From the NCBI GenBank assembly GCA_963727775.1, contig CAVSHB010000002.1:384001-448000 (forward strand): a stretch of DNA of 64,000 nucleotides, in the 5' to 3' direction. This document shows positions 54,631 through 64,000 of this stretch, in pieces. Origin of the DNA: an uncultured Nitrospiraceae bacterium. Lineage in GTDB: Bacteria > Nitrospirota > Thermodesulfovibrionia > Thermodesulfovibrionales > SM23-35. Position numbers and translations under genes: made by a program. How positions within the stretch are numbered: position 1 is the stretch's first letter; each line of letters opens with the position of its first letter. The notes under the pieces were generated by a model. The model worked only from the letters and a program-made list of their open reading frames with translations. It made no database searches and was not told where the DNA came from.

Positions 54631-55193
54631 TATTTTACCCTTTCCATATATACCGACGTCCTTGTGTCGATTCTGATGATATCTCCTTCATTTATGTGAA
54701 AGGGCACTCTTACTACTGCCCCTGTTTCCAGTGTGGCAGGTTTCCCGCCTCCGGATGCCGTATCTCCCTTGAACCCGGCGGGGTCTGTCTTCGTAACAGC
54801 GAGTTCTACAAAGATAGGCACCTCTATGCTTATCGGGGCGTCCTTGTGATACAGTATCTTGACCGTCATATTTTCCTTAAGGAAAGTTTTTGTATCACCC
54901 AGCTGGGAAAGAGAAAGCGGTACCTGTTCGTATGTCTCCAGGTCCATAAAGTAATAGTGATCATCCTGTGAATAAAGATACTGCATGCTTTTTTCTTCGA
55001 GTCCGGGCCTGTCCAGTTTTTCTCCGGACCTGAATGTCTCCTCAAGAACAGCGCCTGTTTTAAGGTTCTTCAGTTTGGTCCTGACAACAGCTCCACCCCT
55101 TCCCATCTTGACATGCTGAAAGTCGACTATTTCACAGGGCTCACCTTTAAATTCCACCTTGAGTCCTTTTTTAAAATCACTTGTTGAAATCAA
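54630..55193 (-). CDS. efp: elongation factor P
   Basis: [23 protein letters not shown]. Confidence 0.95.
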   Translation of the reverse strand: MISTSDFKKGLKVEFKGEPCEIVDFQHVKMGRGGAVVRTKLKNLKTGAVLEETFRSGEKLDRPGLEEKSMQYLYSQDDHYYFMDLETYEQVPLSLSQLGDTKTFLKENMTVKILYHKDAPISIEVPIFVELAVTKTDPAGFKGDTASGGGKPATLETGAVVRVPFHINEGDIIRIDTRTSVYMERVK

Positions 55194-55352
55194 GTCAAAT
55201 CCCTCCTATTGAAAGTGTAAATATTTTAGCATTTTCTGCGAATTTTTCCATCAACCCAAAGAATAATGCCCTTTTTAAGCGTATTTTTTCTTGACATTCA
55301 TTTCGTTGGATATGTACGCTACGTGACAATATTGTTGAAAGGGGGAAGGACA

Positions 55353-56678
55353 ATGAAAAACCGGTTTCAGGGTAATCGGCAGGGTATCTTATTTATTGTG
55401 GTGTGCATTTTTTTCGCATCGTCAGCCCCGGCATTCGGCGCTGGGTTTGGGCTTATCGAGCAGAGTGTGAGCGGGTTGGGCAACGCGTTTGCAGGAGGCG
55501 CTGCAAGCGCTGAAGACGCTTCCACCATATTCTTTAATCCGGCCGGGTTGACACACCTGCAAGACCAGCAGTTAATACTCGGCGCGCACATCATTGACCC
55601 TTCAGTAAAATTTCATAATGAGAATTCCATTCATGTGACGGGAGCTCCGCTGTCGGGCGGCAACGGCGGCGACGGCGGTATTACAAAAGTAGTCCCTAAT
55701 TTTTATTACAGCAGGAAAATCAGTGATCGTTTTTCCGTCGGACTCGGCGTAAATTCACCGTTCGGACTTGCTACTCAGTATGATAGGACCTGGGTCGGTC
55801 GTTACCACGCTGTGGATTCGGATTTGATCACTATCAACATTACCCCAACTATAGCGTATAAAATAACGGACCAATTAAGTTTCGGCGCCGGCCTCGATAT
55901 ACAATATATGAAGGCAAATCTTTCTAGCGCCGTTGATTTCGGCACCATCGGCTTTAGCCATCATATCCCCGGTCTTTTCCCACAGCTCAATGACGGGTTG
56001 GTCAGTCTCGAAGGGGACAGTTGGGGAATCGGGTTTAACCTGGGACTCCTTTATGAATTCGACAAGAACACGCGTGTCGGTATTGCATATCGCTCAAACA
56101 TCGAGCAGGACCTGGGGGGGACAGCCCATTTCCAGAATGTCCCTGCGGCCCTGCAATCTTCTTTCCGCGATGACAAAATAAAAGCGGATATTACGCTGCC
56201 TGACAGCATTTCAGTCAGTTTCTTTCATCAGTTTACCCCGCAATGGATGGTCATGACGGATGTCACCTGGACGGACTGGAACCACTTTAAGGATTTAGTG
56301 GTTACTTTCAACAACCAGCCTGCTTCCATAACGACTGAAGACTGGCAGGACGGTTTTCGCTATTCGCTCGGCGCGACTTATTTGCCCGATAAGAATTGGA
56401 CTTTGAGGGTCGGCACTGCTTATGACAGATCAGCGGTCCCCGATAAGGCACACCGTACCCCTAGGATTCCCGACAGTGACCGCGTATGGACGGCAGCCGG
56501 CATAGGATATAAGCTTTCAAACATGTTTAGCGTCGATGTCGGCTATGCGCATATTTTTGTGAACAACCCCGAGATAGACAAGAACCCTACAGGGGAAGAT
56601 CAACTGAGAGGAGGCTTAAAAGGGTCATTTGACGCCCATATCGATATTGTGAGTGCTTCGGTCACCATGAAATTTTAG
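55353..56678 (+). CDS. fadL: FadL/OmpP1 outer-membrane long-chain fatty acid transporter
   Basis: EQSVSGLGNAFAG, FFNPAG, PFGL, PDSDR, terminal F. Confidence 0.88.
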   Translation: MKNRFQGNRQGILFIVVCIFFASSAPAFGAGFGLIEQSVSGLGNAFAGGAASAEDASTIFFNPAGLTHLQDQQLILGAHIIDPSVKFHNENSIHVTGAPLSGGNGGDGGITKVVPNFYYSRKISDRFSVGLGVNSPFGLATQYDRTWVGRYHAVDSDLITINITPTIAYKITDQLSFGAGLDIQYMKANLSSAVDFGTIGFSHHIPGLFPQLNDGLVSLEGDSWGIGFNLGLLYEFDKNTRVGIAYRSNIEQDLGGTAHFQNVPAALQSSFRDDKIKADITLPDSISVSFFHQFTPQWMVMTDVTWTDWNHFKDLVVTFNNQPASITTEDWQDGFRYSLGATYLPDKNWTLRVGTAYDRSAVPDKAHRTPRIPDSDRVWTAAGIGYKLSNMFSVDVGYAHIFVNNPEIDKNPTGEDQLRGGLKGSFDAHIDIVSASVTMKF

Positions 56679-56679
56679 G

Positions 56680-58206
56680 ATGCTCCTCCATCAGCATTTT
56701 GTCGGAATCGCAAAGAGGTACGGCAATAAACTTGCCTTTATTGACCGTACCTCAGATAAGAGGATCACTTATTCCAAGTCGTTAATCGCTTCCATTATCC
56801 TTGCGGAGAAGGTAAAAAAGCATAATGAAGGTTTTGTCGGGATTATGATCCCGACCTCTGCAGGGTGCGCCCTGTCGATCCTCGGCACCCTGATGAGCGG
56901 GAAAACGCCGGTCATGATCAATTACTCAACCGGCGCTGCGAACAATGCCTTATATGCCCAGCAGAAATGTAATTTCAAGACGATTATTACGTCAAAGGCA
57001 TTGCTCGATAAGATCAGTTGCCCTGTTATCGACGGTATGGTTTTCATCGAAGATATCATGGATAGTATATCCGTCAGGGAAAAACTCCGGGCGGTTTTGA
57101 TCGCAAAATTACCGGTACCCCTGATCCTTAAAATTCTTCACGGTGGGCAAAAAGATGACAACCTGGTCATCCTGTTTACGAGCGGCAGTGAAAAAGACCC
57201 CAAGGCTGTGCAGTTGACCCATCGCAATATCGCGTCGAATATCAGAAGTTTCACGCGGATAATGAAAATGTATGAAACCGATGTGTTGCTTGCAAACCTG
57301 CCGTATTTTCATGTCTTCGGACTCACAGTTAATCTCTGGACGCCTTTATATTTCGGAATGACGATAGTCTCTTATGCAAATCCCCTTGACTACAGGATGA
57401 TCTGCACTATTTTACGCGAGGAGAAACCGACTGTGATGGTCGGCACCCCGAGTTTTCTATCAGGCTATCTTCGTAAAGCAGAGCCTGATGATTTCAAGAG
57501 CTTGCGGCTTATCGCGAGCGGAGCGGATAAATGTCCTGAGGGACTGCGAAAGGAATTTCTCGAAAAACACGGCATTACACTCTTTGAAGGATACGGAGCT
57601 ACTGAAACGTCTCCTGTTATCTCTACGAACACGCCTGAATACAACAGGCCGGGAAGTGTAGGGAAAGTGCTCCCGGATGTCATGGTCCGCATTGAGAATT
57701 ATGAGACCGGCAAGGAATGCAAATGTGGAGAGACCGGCAGGATCCTGGTGAAAGGCGATCTGGTTATGAAGGGATACCTGAACGATTTTGAGGAAACCTC
57801 AATGCGCATAAGACATGGCTGGTATGACACCGGAGATATGGGCTATCTGGACAAGGAAGGGTTTCTGTGGCATGCCGGAAGGCTGAAAAGGTTCGTGAAA
57901 ATCGGCGGCGAGATGGTATCTTTAGTTAAGGTTGAAGATGTGCTGCAGAAAGTCCTTCCGGAAGATGTCTTCTGTTCGGTGGTCGAAATCCCCGATGCGT
58001 TAAAAGGCGTGAAAATAGTTGCCGCTGTTACCGAAAAGGTCGATGAGAGAAAAGTCCTGAAAGCGATGTCGGAACAACTCCCCAATATTGCCCTGCCTAA
58101 ACTCTTCGTTGTCATAGCGGAACTCCCGAAGATGGGAAGCGGCAAAGTGGATTTTCGTACCGTTACCGATATGGTCCAGGCGATTATGCGAACAAATATG
58201 ACCTGA
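56680..58206 (+). CDS. AMP-binding acyl-ACP/CoA synthetase (like the Aas C-terminal part)
   Basis: FTSGSEKDPK, EGYGATETSP, WYDTGD, RFVKIGGEMVSL, GSGK. Confidence 0.88.
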   Translation: MLLHQHFVGIAKRYGNKLAFIDRTSDKRITYSKSLIASIILAEKVKKHNEGFVGIMIPTSAGCALSILGTLMSGKTPVMINYSTGAANNALYAQQKCNFKTIITSKALLDKISCPVIDGMVFIEDIMDSISVREKLRAVLIAKLPVPLILKILHGGQKDDNLVILFTSGSEKDPKAVQLTHRNIASNIRSFTRIMKMYETDVLLANLPYFHVFGLTVNLWTPLYFGMTIVSYANPLDYRMICTILREEKPTVMVGTPSFLSGYLRKAEPDDFKSLRLIASGADKCPEGLRKEFLEKHGITLFEGYGATETSPVISTNTPEYNRPGSVGKVLPDVMVRIENYETGKECKCGETGRILVKGDLVMKGYLNDFEETSMRIRHGWYDTGDMGYLDKEGFLWHAGRLKRFVKIGGEMVSLVKVEDVLQKVLPEDVFCSVVEIPDALKGVKIVAAVTEKVDERKVLKAMSEQLPNIALPKLFVVIAELPKMGSGKVDFRTVTDMVQAIMRTNMT

Positions 58207-58247
58207 GGTATTAATGGTCGACCGAGCAGGACACAGATATATAGGCA

Positions 58248-59345
58248 TCAAATAATTTCGAGCTTCTTGGGCAGCGAAGTTAGAACAACTGCCTTGTTTT
58301 CTACGATCACAATCATGTCCTCTATCCTTACCCCGCCCAATCCCGGGATATAGATGCCCGGCTCGATAGTGAAGACCATATTTTTTCTGACAAGCTCACT
58401 CCTGGTCCAGGATATACGGGGCGCTTCATGTACCTGAAGTCCGACACCATGACCGGTACCGTGTCCGAAGAATTTTTCGAAACCTGCCTTTCGGATAAGA
58501 TCCCTCGCAGCTTCATCTATCTTTTTTGTTTGTATTCCAGACGCAATATGCGAAATCGCCTTCCGGTTTGCTTCCAGGACCGTATTATAGACTTCCTTTT
58601 TCTTTCCTGTTTCAACTCCGCCTTTTAGGAGGAGAGTTCTTGTCATGTCGGAAAAGTAATCATCGGCCTCTCCGCCCCAGTCTATAATCACGAAATCCCC
58701 TTTGTTCAATTTTTTTTCGGTCGGTCTTGCATGGGGCATGGCTGAATTCGGGCCTGAAGCAATAATGATGTCAAAGGGGATATTCCTGCAGCCCCACTTT
58801 TTGAGCCGCTCTTCAAGACGGCGCGATATTGCCATTTCTTTTGCCCCTTCCTTAATGTACGGTTTCACATCTGTGAATGCCGCCTCGGCGCGTCTTATCG
58901 CTTTATTTATAGAATCGATCTCTGCCTTATCTTTTATCTCCCTCAATTTCTCGACGGTCCCTTGCAAAGGGATTAGACCAATGCCGATGCCGGATATCTT
59001 TTTGAAAAACTCATAGGATACTGAAGATTCGAACCCGAGTTTCCCGATGCTCATCTTTTTGGAAAGATCCTGAATTATCTTTATCCTGTTCCCGGTTTCG
59101 ATGATGATATCCCACCCCTCGACTTCCTTCCCTGATTGTTCTTTATATCTGAAATCTGTCACAAAGAATTGTCCCGTTGCTGTAATGATAAGAAAGCCCG
59201 AGGAGCCTGAAAAGCCGGTAAGATAGCGGATGTTGGTAATGTCCGTTACTAATAAGCCGTCAAGACCTTTGCTCCTGAGGGCCTGTCTTATAGCCTTGAG
59301 CCGTGAGGAATATATATTTATAGATGTTGCAACCATAACAGCCAA
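58248..59345 (-). CDS. Xaa-Pro aminopeptidase (M24B)
   Basis: NIRYLTGF.GS, TDFRY, SDMTRT, HGTGHGVG, HE.P, TIEPGIY, GVRIED. Confidence 0.92.
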   Translation of the reverse strand: MAVMVATSINIYSSRLKAIRQALRSKGLDGLLVTDITNIRYLTGFSGSSGFLIITATGQFFVTDFRYKEQSGKEVEGWDIIIETGNRIKIIQDLSKKMSIGKLGFESSVSYEFFKKISGIGIGLIPLQGTVEKLREIKDKAEIDSINKAIRRAEAAFTDVKPYIKEGAKEMAISRRLEERLKKWGCRNIPFDIIIASGPNSAMPHARPTEKKLNKGDFVIIDWGGEADDYFSDMTRTLLLKGGVETGKKKEVYNTVLEANRKAISHIASGIQTKKIDEAARDLIRKAGFEKFFGHGTGHGVGLQVHEAPRISWTRSELVRKNMVFTIEPGIYIPGLGGVRIEDMIVIVENKAVVLTSLPKKLEII

Positions 59346-59459
59346 ATTACAATAACCGAATCGTGTTCAGGAATTCAATGATATGAGGAGCCCCTTGTCC
59401 TACCAGGTGTAAAAAAGATTAGTTTGAAGTTTTGAGTATGTCGTTATTATAATTTAGGT

Positions 59460-59651
59460 ATGGAAAAGATGAAATATATTTATTGGCAGGACGAAGGAAT
59501 GTGGCTGGGATATTTGGAAGACTATCCTGATTACATGACACAAGGGGAGTCAATTGAAGAACTGGAAGATAATTTGAGAGACATTTTCAAGGAACTTACA
59601 AGCGGAAATATTCCTTGTGTTCGTAAAGTAGCAGAACTCCAAGTCTCTTGA
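59460..59651 (+). CDS. HicB-like short antitoxin
   Basis: WLGYLEDYPDYMTQGESIEELEDNL. Confidence 0.8.
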   Translation: MEKMKYIYWQDEGMWLGYLEDYPDYMTQGESIEELEDNLRDIFKELTSGNIPCVRKVAELQVS

Positions 59652-59793
59652 AAAGAGAGGGGGTATCTTTATCAGGCATGGAGGGAAGCACGACTAGTAT
59701 CAAAATCCCAAATCTAAAACTGCGCAGCCAATACCAAGGCACAAAGAAATCAATGATAGTCTCGCCAAATATATAATTAGAAAATTAACATAA
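59648..59793 (+). pseudogene. HicA toxin pseudogene
   Basis: IFIRHGGKHD*YQNP...PIPRHKEIND.LA..I; TAG at 59695-59697 and a frameshifting 5' deletion. Confidence 0.82.
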
Positions 59794-59831
59794 TACAAAT
59801 GGGGTAAATTCTTTCCAGGCTGTTGAAAAAC

Positions 59832-59923
59832 TTGGTAATGTCCGTTACCAGTAAGCCGTCAAGCCCTTTGCTCCTGATGGCCTGCCTTAACCGAATCGTG
59901 TTCAGTATTTCAATGATATGAGG
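59832..59923 (-). repeat. diverged duplicate of the Xaa-Pro peptidase 5' end and upstream DNA
   Basis: Matches 59233-59290 fused to 59355-59388. Confidence 0.88.
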
Positions 59924-60252
59924 GCATGCCGTGCATGCAAAATTTATTGAAGATATTATACGAATATTCGGAAATGGCAAAATCAACACGATAATCCGGA
60001 TACCTTTACAGCGAACACTCGTGGATATTTTATGTCTTCAAGATAAATGAGAAGCCGTTTTCGGATGAGGTTAAATAAATATTTCTTTCACCTCCTACAA
60101 TGTCGCAGAAGCAAGAGGAGATGACAAATAAAGAATTGCAGTTGAAACATGGGAACCTTAAATCCGCTGATTTGGTCTAACGTTTTCGATGAAAAGCAGT
60201 CTCAGGGATTTGCGTGGTAGCCTTTCCTGCCATTGTTACGCGATAGCCGATT

Positions 60253-61116
60253 TCATATGTTACTTTTCCCAATGTTGCATATTGAACATAATGTCTGGAG
60301 ATTCTCAGGCACAGTTTCTCCACCATTTGAATAAGCAACAACATGGTCGACGTGCAAAATCACTTTAGGGTCAGTAGCAGGTGATCTGCCACAACCCTTA
60401 CATTTGAAATTGTCACGCTTTATGACGATAAAACGCAGGCGAGACGAGATATTTCTTTTAGTTTTGTGCTTCTTAACTAAGTCTTGCGGAACAGCTGACG
60501 AATTAATTACTGCAATTTTTCTCGTCAAAGGCTGTGTGTATTCTTTGTTAATATATTCAATAAATCGTTCAAGCGCTTTTTGCCATGTGCCAAATCGTTG
60601 CTAATAGGCACTACCGACGTATTTTGACAATGGCTTCAGCATATCATTGTATTTCGGTTGTCGTCCAAGTTTTACCCAAACTTCCTCTAAGTTTTCAAAA
60701 TATTCTTCATCAGTAACTCCATAGTTTCTGGTCTTCTCCAATCCAGCTTTTTCTAATGCTTTAAGCCATGTGCCAAACCTCTGTGAAAAAACTGATTTAC
60801 TGTATTGGCCATGTTGTTCATACTCAGTAGTTGTTACACTATATTTTTTTAATTTTTGTGAGACTCGCTTTAGATCATTGATCAGTTCTACATCTGTTAA
60901 TCCTAAATTTCTCGTTTTTTCCAACCCTGCCAGTGATAAAATCTTGAACCATGATCCAATTTTATTCCTCAAGGTTGTGCAGTGATATTTCCCGTATTTG
61001 TTGTACTCTTCCTGAGTAACAGACGCCTTTCCCAATAGAGAAGCAACACGTTTCAAGTCCGCGATCATTTTTTCTTCTGAAACATTTCTGTGGAATTCTT
61101 CTAATTCAAATTTCAT
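60253..61116 (-). pseudogene. HNH endonuclease with three N-terminal repeats, interrupted by an in-frame TAG
   Basis: Repeats (F/I)G(S/T)W..(A/I)L..AGL; AY*QRFGTW at 60601-60603; RDNFKCKGCG...LHVDH...GG...NLQTLC..CN..K. Confidence 0.85.
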
Positions 61117-61254
61117 AATTTATACCGTAAGCTCAGTTTCGCACAAAGGGAAATTATTATCTATCCCATTTTAGATTACCTGTTGTACTACACAACATTA
61201 TATCAGGGTTCAGACGCAATGAATTCAGGAATAAAAATTAATAAGAACAGCATC

Positions 61255-61680
61255 TTATTCAGGTCTGAAGAGCGTTAAGAAAGACGTGGGGCCTACGATC
61301 TTAATTCCCTGATAATGTTTCAAGTCTGTAAGATGGCGATCTCCGGAAATAATATAGTCAGCTCCTCCTTCTGCTGCGCATTCCACATACTTGTCGTCTG
61401 TCGGATCATCTTTGACGATTTCTATCCTCATGACACCGGGTATGAATTCAGCAAAGGCTGTTAATTTGCCGAGATTTTCATCCACCTGCTCAGGACCGAA
61501 GCCGTGGAGCTTCCTGATGTGAGGATAAAGTAAGACCTTTCTCACCTCTTCCAAAATAGCAGGAGAAATCAGCAGTCTCAGTTTGTCGTCTCGTATCAAA
61601 TTGAGAATTCTGGCCGGGTTGCCCTTCGCTGTTATAATACCGCTGACAAACAGATTGGCGTCGAGTACGACTTTAAGCAT
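61255..61680 (-). CDS. PIN-domain toxin
   Basis: VVLDANLFVSG, DDPTDDKYVECA, ADYIISGDRHL. Confidence 0.9.
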   Translation of the reverse strand: MLKVVLDANLFVSGIITAKGNPARILNLIRDDKLRLLISPAILEEVRKVLLYPHIRKLHGFGPEQVDENLGKLTAFAEFIPGVMRIEIVKDDPTDDKYVECAAEGGADYIISGDRHLTDLKHYQGIKIVGPTSFLTLFRPE

Positions 61681-61963
61681 GCCGGCGGGTTGCCCCGGAT
61701 TTTTTTACCGCAACCGCTGTCTCACTTACCGCCTTTTCGATATCCTTTAGTTTTATATGCTTTGTTTTTACCCTGACCTCCTCTACCCAGTTAAAGAATT
61801 CCTTCTTTTCTTCCTGTATCTGCTTGTATTTTTCTATGGGTATGACGGCCACCAGCGGCTTGCCGGCTCGTTCGATAATATAGTCTTCCCCTTTCAGGGA
61901 GACCTCGTTCATTATCTGACCTAAATTCTGTCTTGCCTTTATAGCCGATATTTTTTTAATCAT
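61673..61963 (-). CDS. Phd/YefM family antitoxin
   Basis: ISAIKARQNLGQIMNEV...IIERAGKPLV; overlaps the PIN gene. Confidence 0.88.
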   Translation of the reverse strand: MIKKISAIKARQNLGQIMNEVSLKGEDYIIERAGKPLVAVIPIEKYKQIQEEKKEFFNWVEEVRVKTKHIKLKDIEKAVSETAVAVKKSGATRRHA

Positions 61964-61983
61964 GGGAGCACTCCTTTATCATA

Positions 61984-62000
61984 ATGGTTGATATAACCAT
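61984..62000. promoter_or_regulatory. palindromic operator candidate for Phd-PIN autoregulation
   Basis: ATGGTT-N5-AACCAT just upstream of the antitoxin SD. Confidence 0.4.
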
Positions 62001-62074
62001 TATAACTGATATGGTAAAAACTATAAAGTCAAATGTGAGTCTTCCCCATGTTATTTACAAACGGCGAGATATAG

Positions 62075-62195
62075 GCGAGGATAGAGTATTGGAGCGGATT
62101 CTTTTGCCGATACTCAAATGCATTATGATAATAATGAGGCAAAATCCCTCGGAGGTCGGAACGACCGAGAATGAGCTCCGATACTCTATCCTCGC
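62075..62195 (+). repeat. structured three-way-junction element, copy 2
   Basis: 21-bp IR (one T-G pair) enclosing GCGGATT-[TTTTGCC/GGCAAAA]-CCTCGGA-[GGTCG/CGACC]-GAGAATGAGC. Confidence 0.85.
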
Positions 62196-62261
62196 TTTAC
62201 CCGATATGGATTGTTAATAATCGGACTTAAAGTGAATTGCTTTCGTGCAGACTGAGATGGT

Positions 62262-62690
62262 TTACTTCGATAAAATACTCTTTGCAGCTCTCAGGGCGAG
62301 GAGGTAACTTTCAGGGCCGAAGCCGCTTATCTGACCGGCGGCGACTTCCGCAATAAAAGATTGTTTCCGGAATTCTTCCCGCTTATGGATGTTCGACAAA
62401 TGTACTTCTATGGCGGGTTTATCAACGCCGGCGATTGCATCTCTTATTGCCACGCTTGTATGGGTATAAGCGGCCGGATTTATAATGAGGGCATCATAAT
62501 CGCCCTTTTGGATGATATCCAGGATGTCTCCTTCGCTGTTGCGCTGTGCGATGTTTACTTTGATCCCGAGTTCGGAGGCAAGGGTGCGAATACTATTGTC
62601 GATATCACCCAGCGATTTTTTGCCGTAAATGCCCGTTTCTCTTTCCCCGAGGAGGTTTAAATTAGGGCCGTGGATGACTAATACTTTCAT
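62262..62690 (-). CDS. aroQ: type II 3-dehydroquinate dehydratase
   Basis: [34 protein letters not shown]. Confidence 0.96.
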   Translation of the reverse strand: MKVLVIHGPNLNLLGERETGIYGKKSLGDIDNSIRTLASELGIKVNIAQRNSEGDILDIIQKGDYDALIINPAAYTHTSVAIRDAIAGVDKPAIEVHLSNIHKREEFRKQSFIAEVAAGQISGFGPESYLLALRAAKSILSK

Positions 62691-62710
62691 TAGTTTTACT
62701 CCGGGTTTGT

Positions 62711-63067
62711 TCAGAATTCCCCTTCTAATTTAGGGATCGCGGTCCTGAGGATAAAGCGCCCTTTACCATAATTGCCTTCAGGTTTTATTATGAGTGCGAG
62801 ATAATAGTCGGAATTAATTTTCCGCATGATAATCCCGCACCGGTCTGAGATTATAGAGAATTCCTTGGCTTCGCCGAGGCCGAGGTTTTCGGCGGCAAGG
62901 CTTATGTCCTTAATCATCGCAGATGCCTCCGCGCTGAGGTCTGTCAGATCGACAAGCTTTTCTTTGGCATACTCCTGAACGGATATGCCGTCTGTGCCGA
63001 TTATCATGGCGGAAACAGCACCGTCAACCCTGTCTACGGTGTCTTTAAGAACTTCCGAAAAACTCAT
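62711..63067 (-). CDS. roadblock/LC7 domain protein
   Basis: 118 aa; [23 protein letters not shown]. Confidence 0.82.
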   Translation of the reverse strand: MSFSEVLKDTVDRVDGAVSAMIIGTDGISVQEYAKEKLVDLTDLSAEASAMIKDISLAAENLGLGEAKEFSIISDRCGIIMRKINSDYYLALIIKPEGNYGKGRFILRTAIPKLEGEF

Positions 63068-64000
63068 CCCGCCTCATTTTTATCCCTTTGAGGAGACCTT
63101 CAAGTTTTGCGATCAATTCCTCTTTATCTTTACCGAGAAGTTTCAAAAGTGACTTCAATTCTTCAATGCGTTGTATGATTTTAGGATCGGCCGGCTCTGA
63201 TGAAAGAAGTTTCCTGTATATATTCATTGCTTCCATGTATTTGCCGCCAAGAATATACTGGTCCGCATCGGCCACAGTAACAACACTCTGTTGTGGAATT
63301 TCCTTTTTCTCCATTGTAACCGCCTGTTCCCGGATGTCCTGTTCTTTCAACAGACCTTCAAATGACAATGGCTCTTTTTCAGGAATTTCATGATCTTCTA
63401 TAACGGTTTCTGATGCTGATGCTTCTTCCGGCGGGCTAAGCGTCTCGGAGTGTGCCTTCCATATCTCCATATCTTCTAAGCTTATCGGCGGTTCGGATGG
63501 CTTTTCTTCCTCTCCCCCAAGGTTTATTTCAGAGTGCGCCTTCCATATCTCCATATCTTCCAAATCTTCTAAGCTTATCGGGGCGGCTGTTTTTTTATTA
63601 TTCTCGCCTCCGATGTCTCCCAATGCTTCAGCCGGATGCTCCTGCGGTTCTACGTATTCTTTATCAGATATTGCAGGCGTTTCTTCTATCTTTTCAGCTA
63701 TCTCTGTGCGGAGTTTCAATAGATCCGGTTCTTTTCTGCTCTCTGTAGAATGTTGTTCAACCGGTTTTTCTATCCGAGGTTCCGGCCAAGGCTCCTGTTG
63801 CGGTTCTTGAGGATTAATTTCCGGGGCCTGCTCGATTTCAGAAAGGCTTGTTGAAGCCCATTCATCCAAAGGATTAAGGCGCAATACCGTTTTAAATTCT
63901 TTTGCCGCTTTTTCTTTTTCCCCAAGGTCTCTGTAAATCTCGGCCAACTTTTTGTGGGCATACAGATTGTCAGGTATTGCCTCGATGACCTTTTCGAATT
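63045..64000 (-). CDS. TPR-containing protein, 5' part outside the window
   Basis: Open frame to the window edge (PDNLYAHKKLAEIY...A...F..VL.LNP); acidic linker; C-terminal TPR. Confidence 0.8.
   Translation of the reverse strand, partial: FEKVIEAIPDNLYAHKKLAEIYRDLGEKEKAAKEFKTVLRLNPLDEWASTSLSEIEQAPEINPQEPQQEPWPEPRIEKPVEQHSTESRKEPDLLKLRTEIAEKIEETPAISDKEYVEPQEHPAEALGDIGGENNKKTAAPISLEDLEDMEIWKAHSEINLGGEEEKPSEPPISLEDMEIWKAHSETLSPPEEASASETVIEDHEIPEKEPLSFEGLLKEQDIREQAVTMEKKEIPQQSVVTVADADQYILGGKYMEAMNIYRKLLSSEPADPKIIQRIEELKSLLKLLGKDKEELIAKLEGLLKGIKMRRDEFFGSS

Noticed and set aside
63445..63585. Direct repeat encoding PISLED(LED)MEIWKAHSE twice
   Set aside because: Short in-frame duplication within a low-complexity linker; not an array.

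Overview
Bacterial chromosomal window, probably from an anaerobic, diderm Nitrospirota/Deltaproteobacteria-like organism (inferred from gene content only). It holds housekeeping genes (aspS, rluB, DEAD-box helicase, tadA, trmJ, rluD, pfkA, thiE, accBC, efp, Xaa-Pro peptidase, aroQ), two tRNAs (Val-CAC, Ser-CGA), norCB, nfnAB, an 11-gene complex I operon without nuoEFG, and a nitrogen-assimilation operon (HTH, porin, amtB, P-II, glnA). Accessory content includes three IS elements (an IS1380 nested in an IS110, and an IS256 splitting a low-GC gene), three toxin-antitoxin modules and several pseudogene remnants. Main observations: (1) NuoD carries an inserted 2[4Fe-4S] ferredoxin domain, in a headless complex I transcribed divergently from bifurcating NfnAB. 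(2) Three dispersed copies of a ~105-122 nt three-way-junction element have conserved junction sequences and covarying stems. (3) A stand-alone NifA-type HTH microprotein heads the amt/glnA operon behind a sigma54-like promoter. (4) The IS110 has a structured downstream region that is a bridge-RNA candidate. (5) Two small zinc-finger proteins and an ATA-start infC are missed or mis-started by the ORF track. All calls come from reading motifs by eye; no searches were run.
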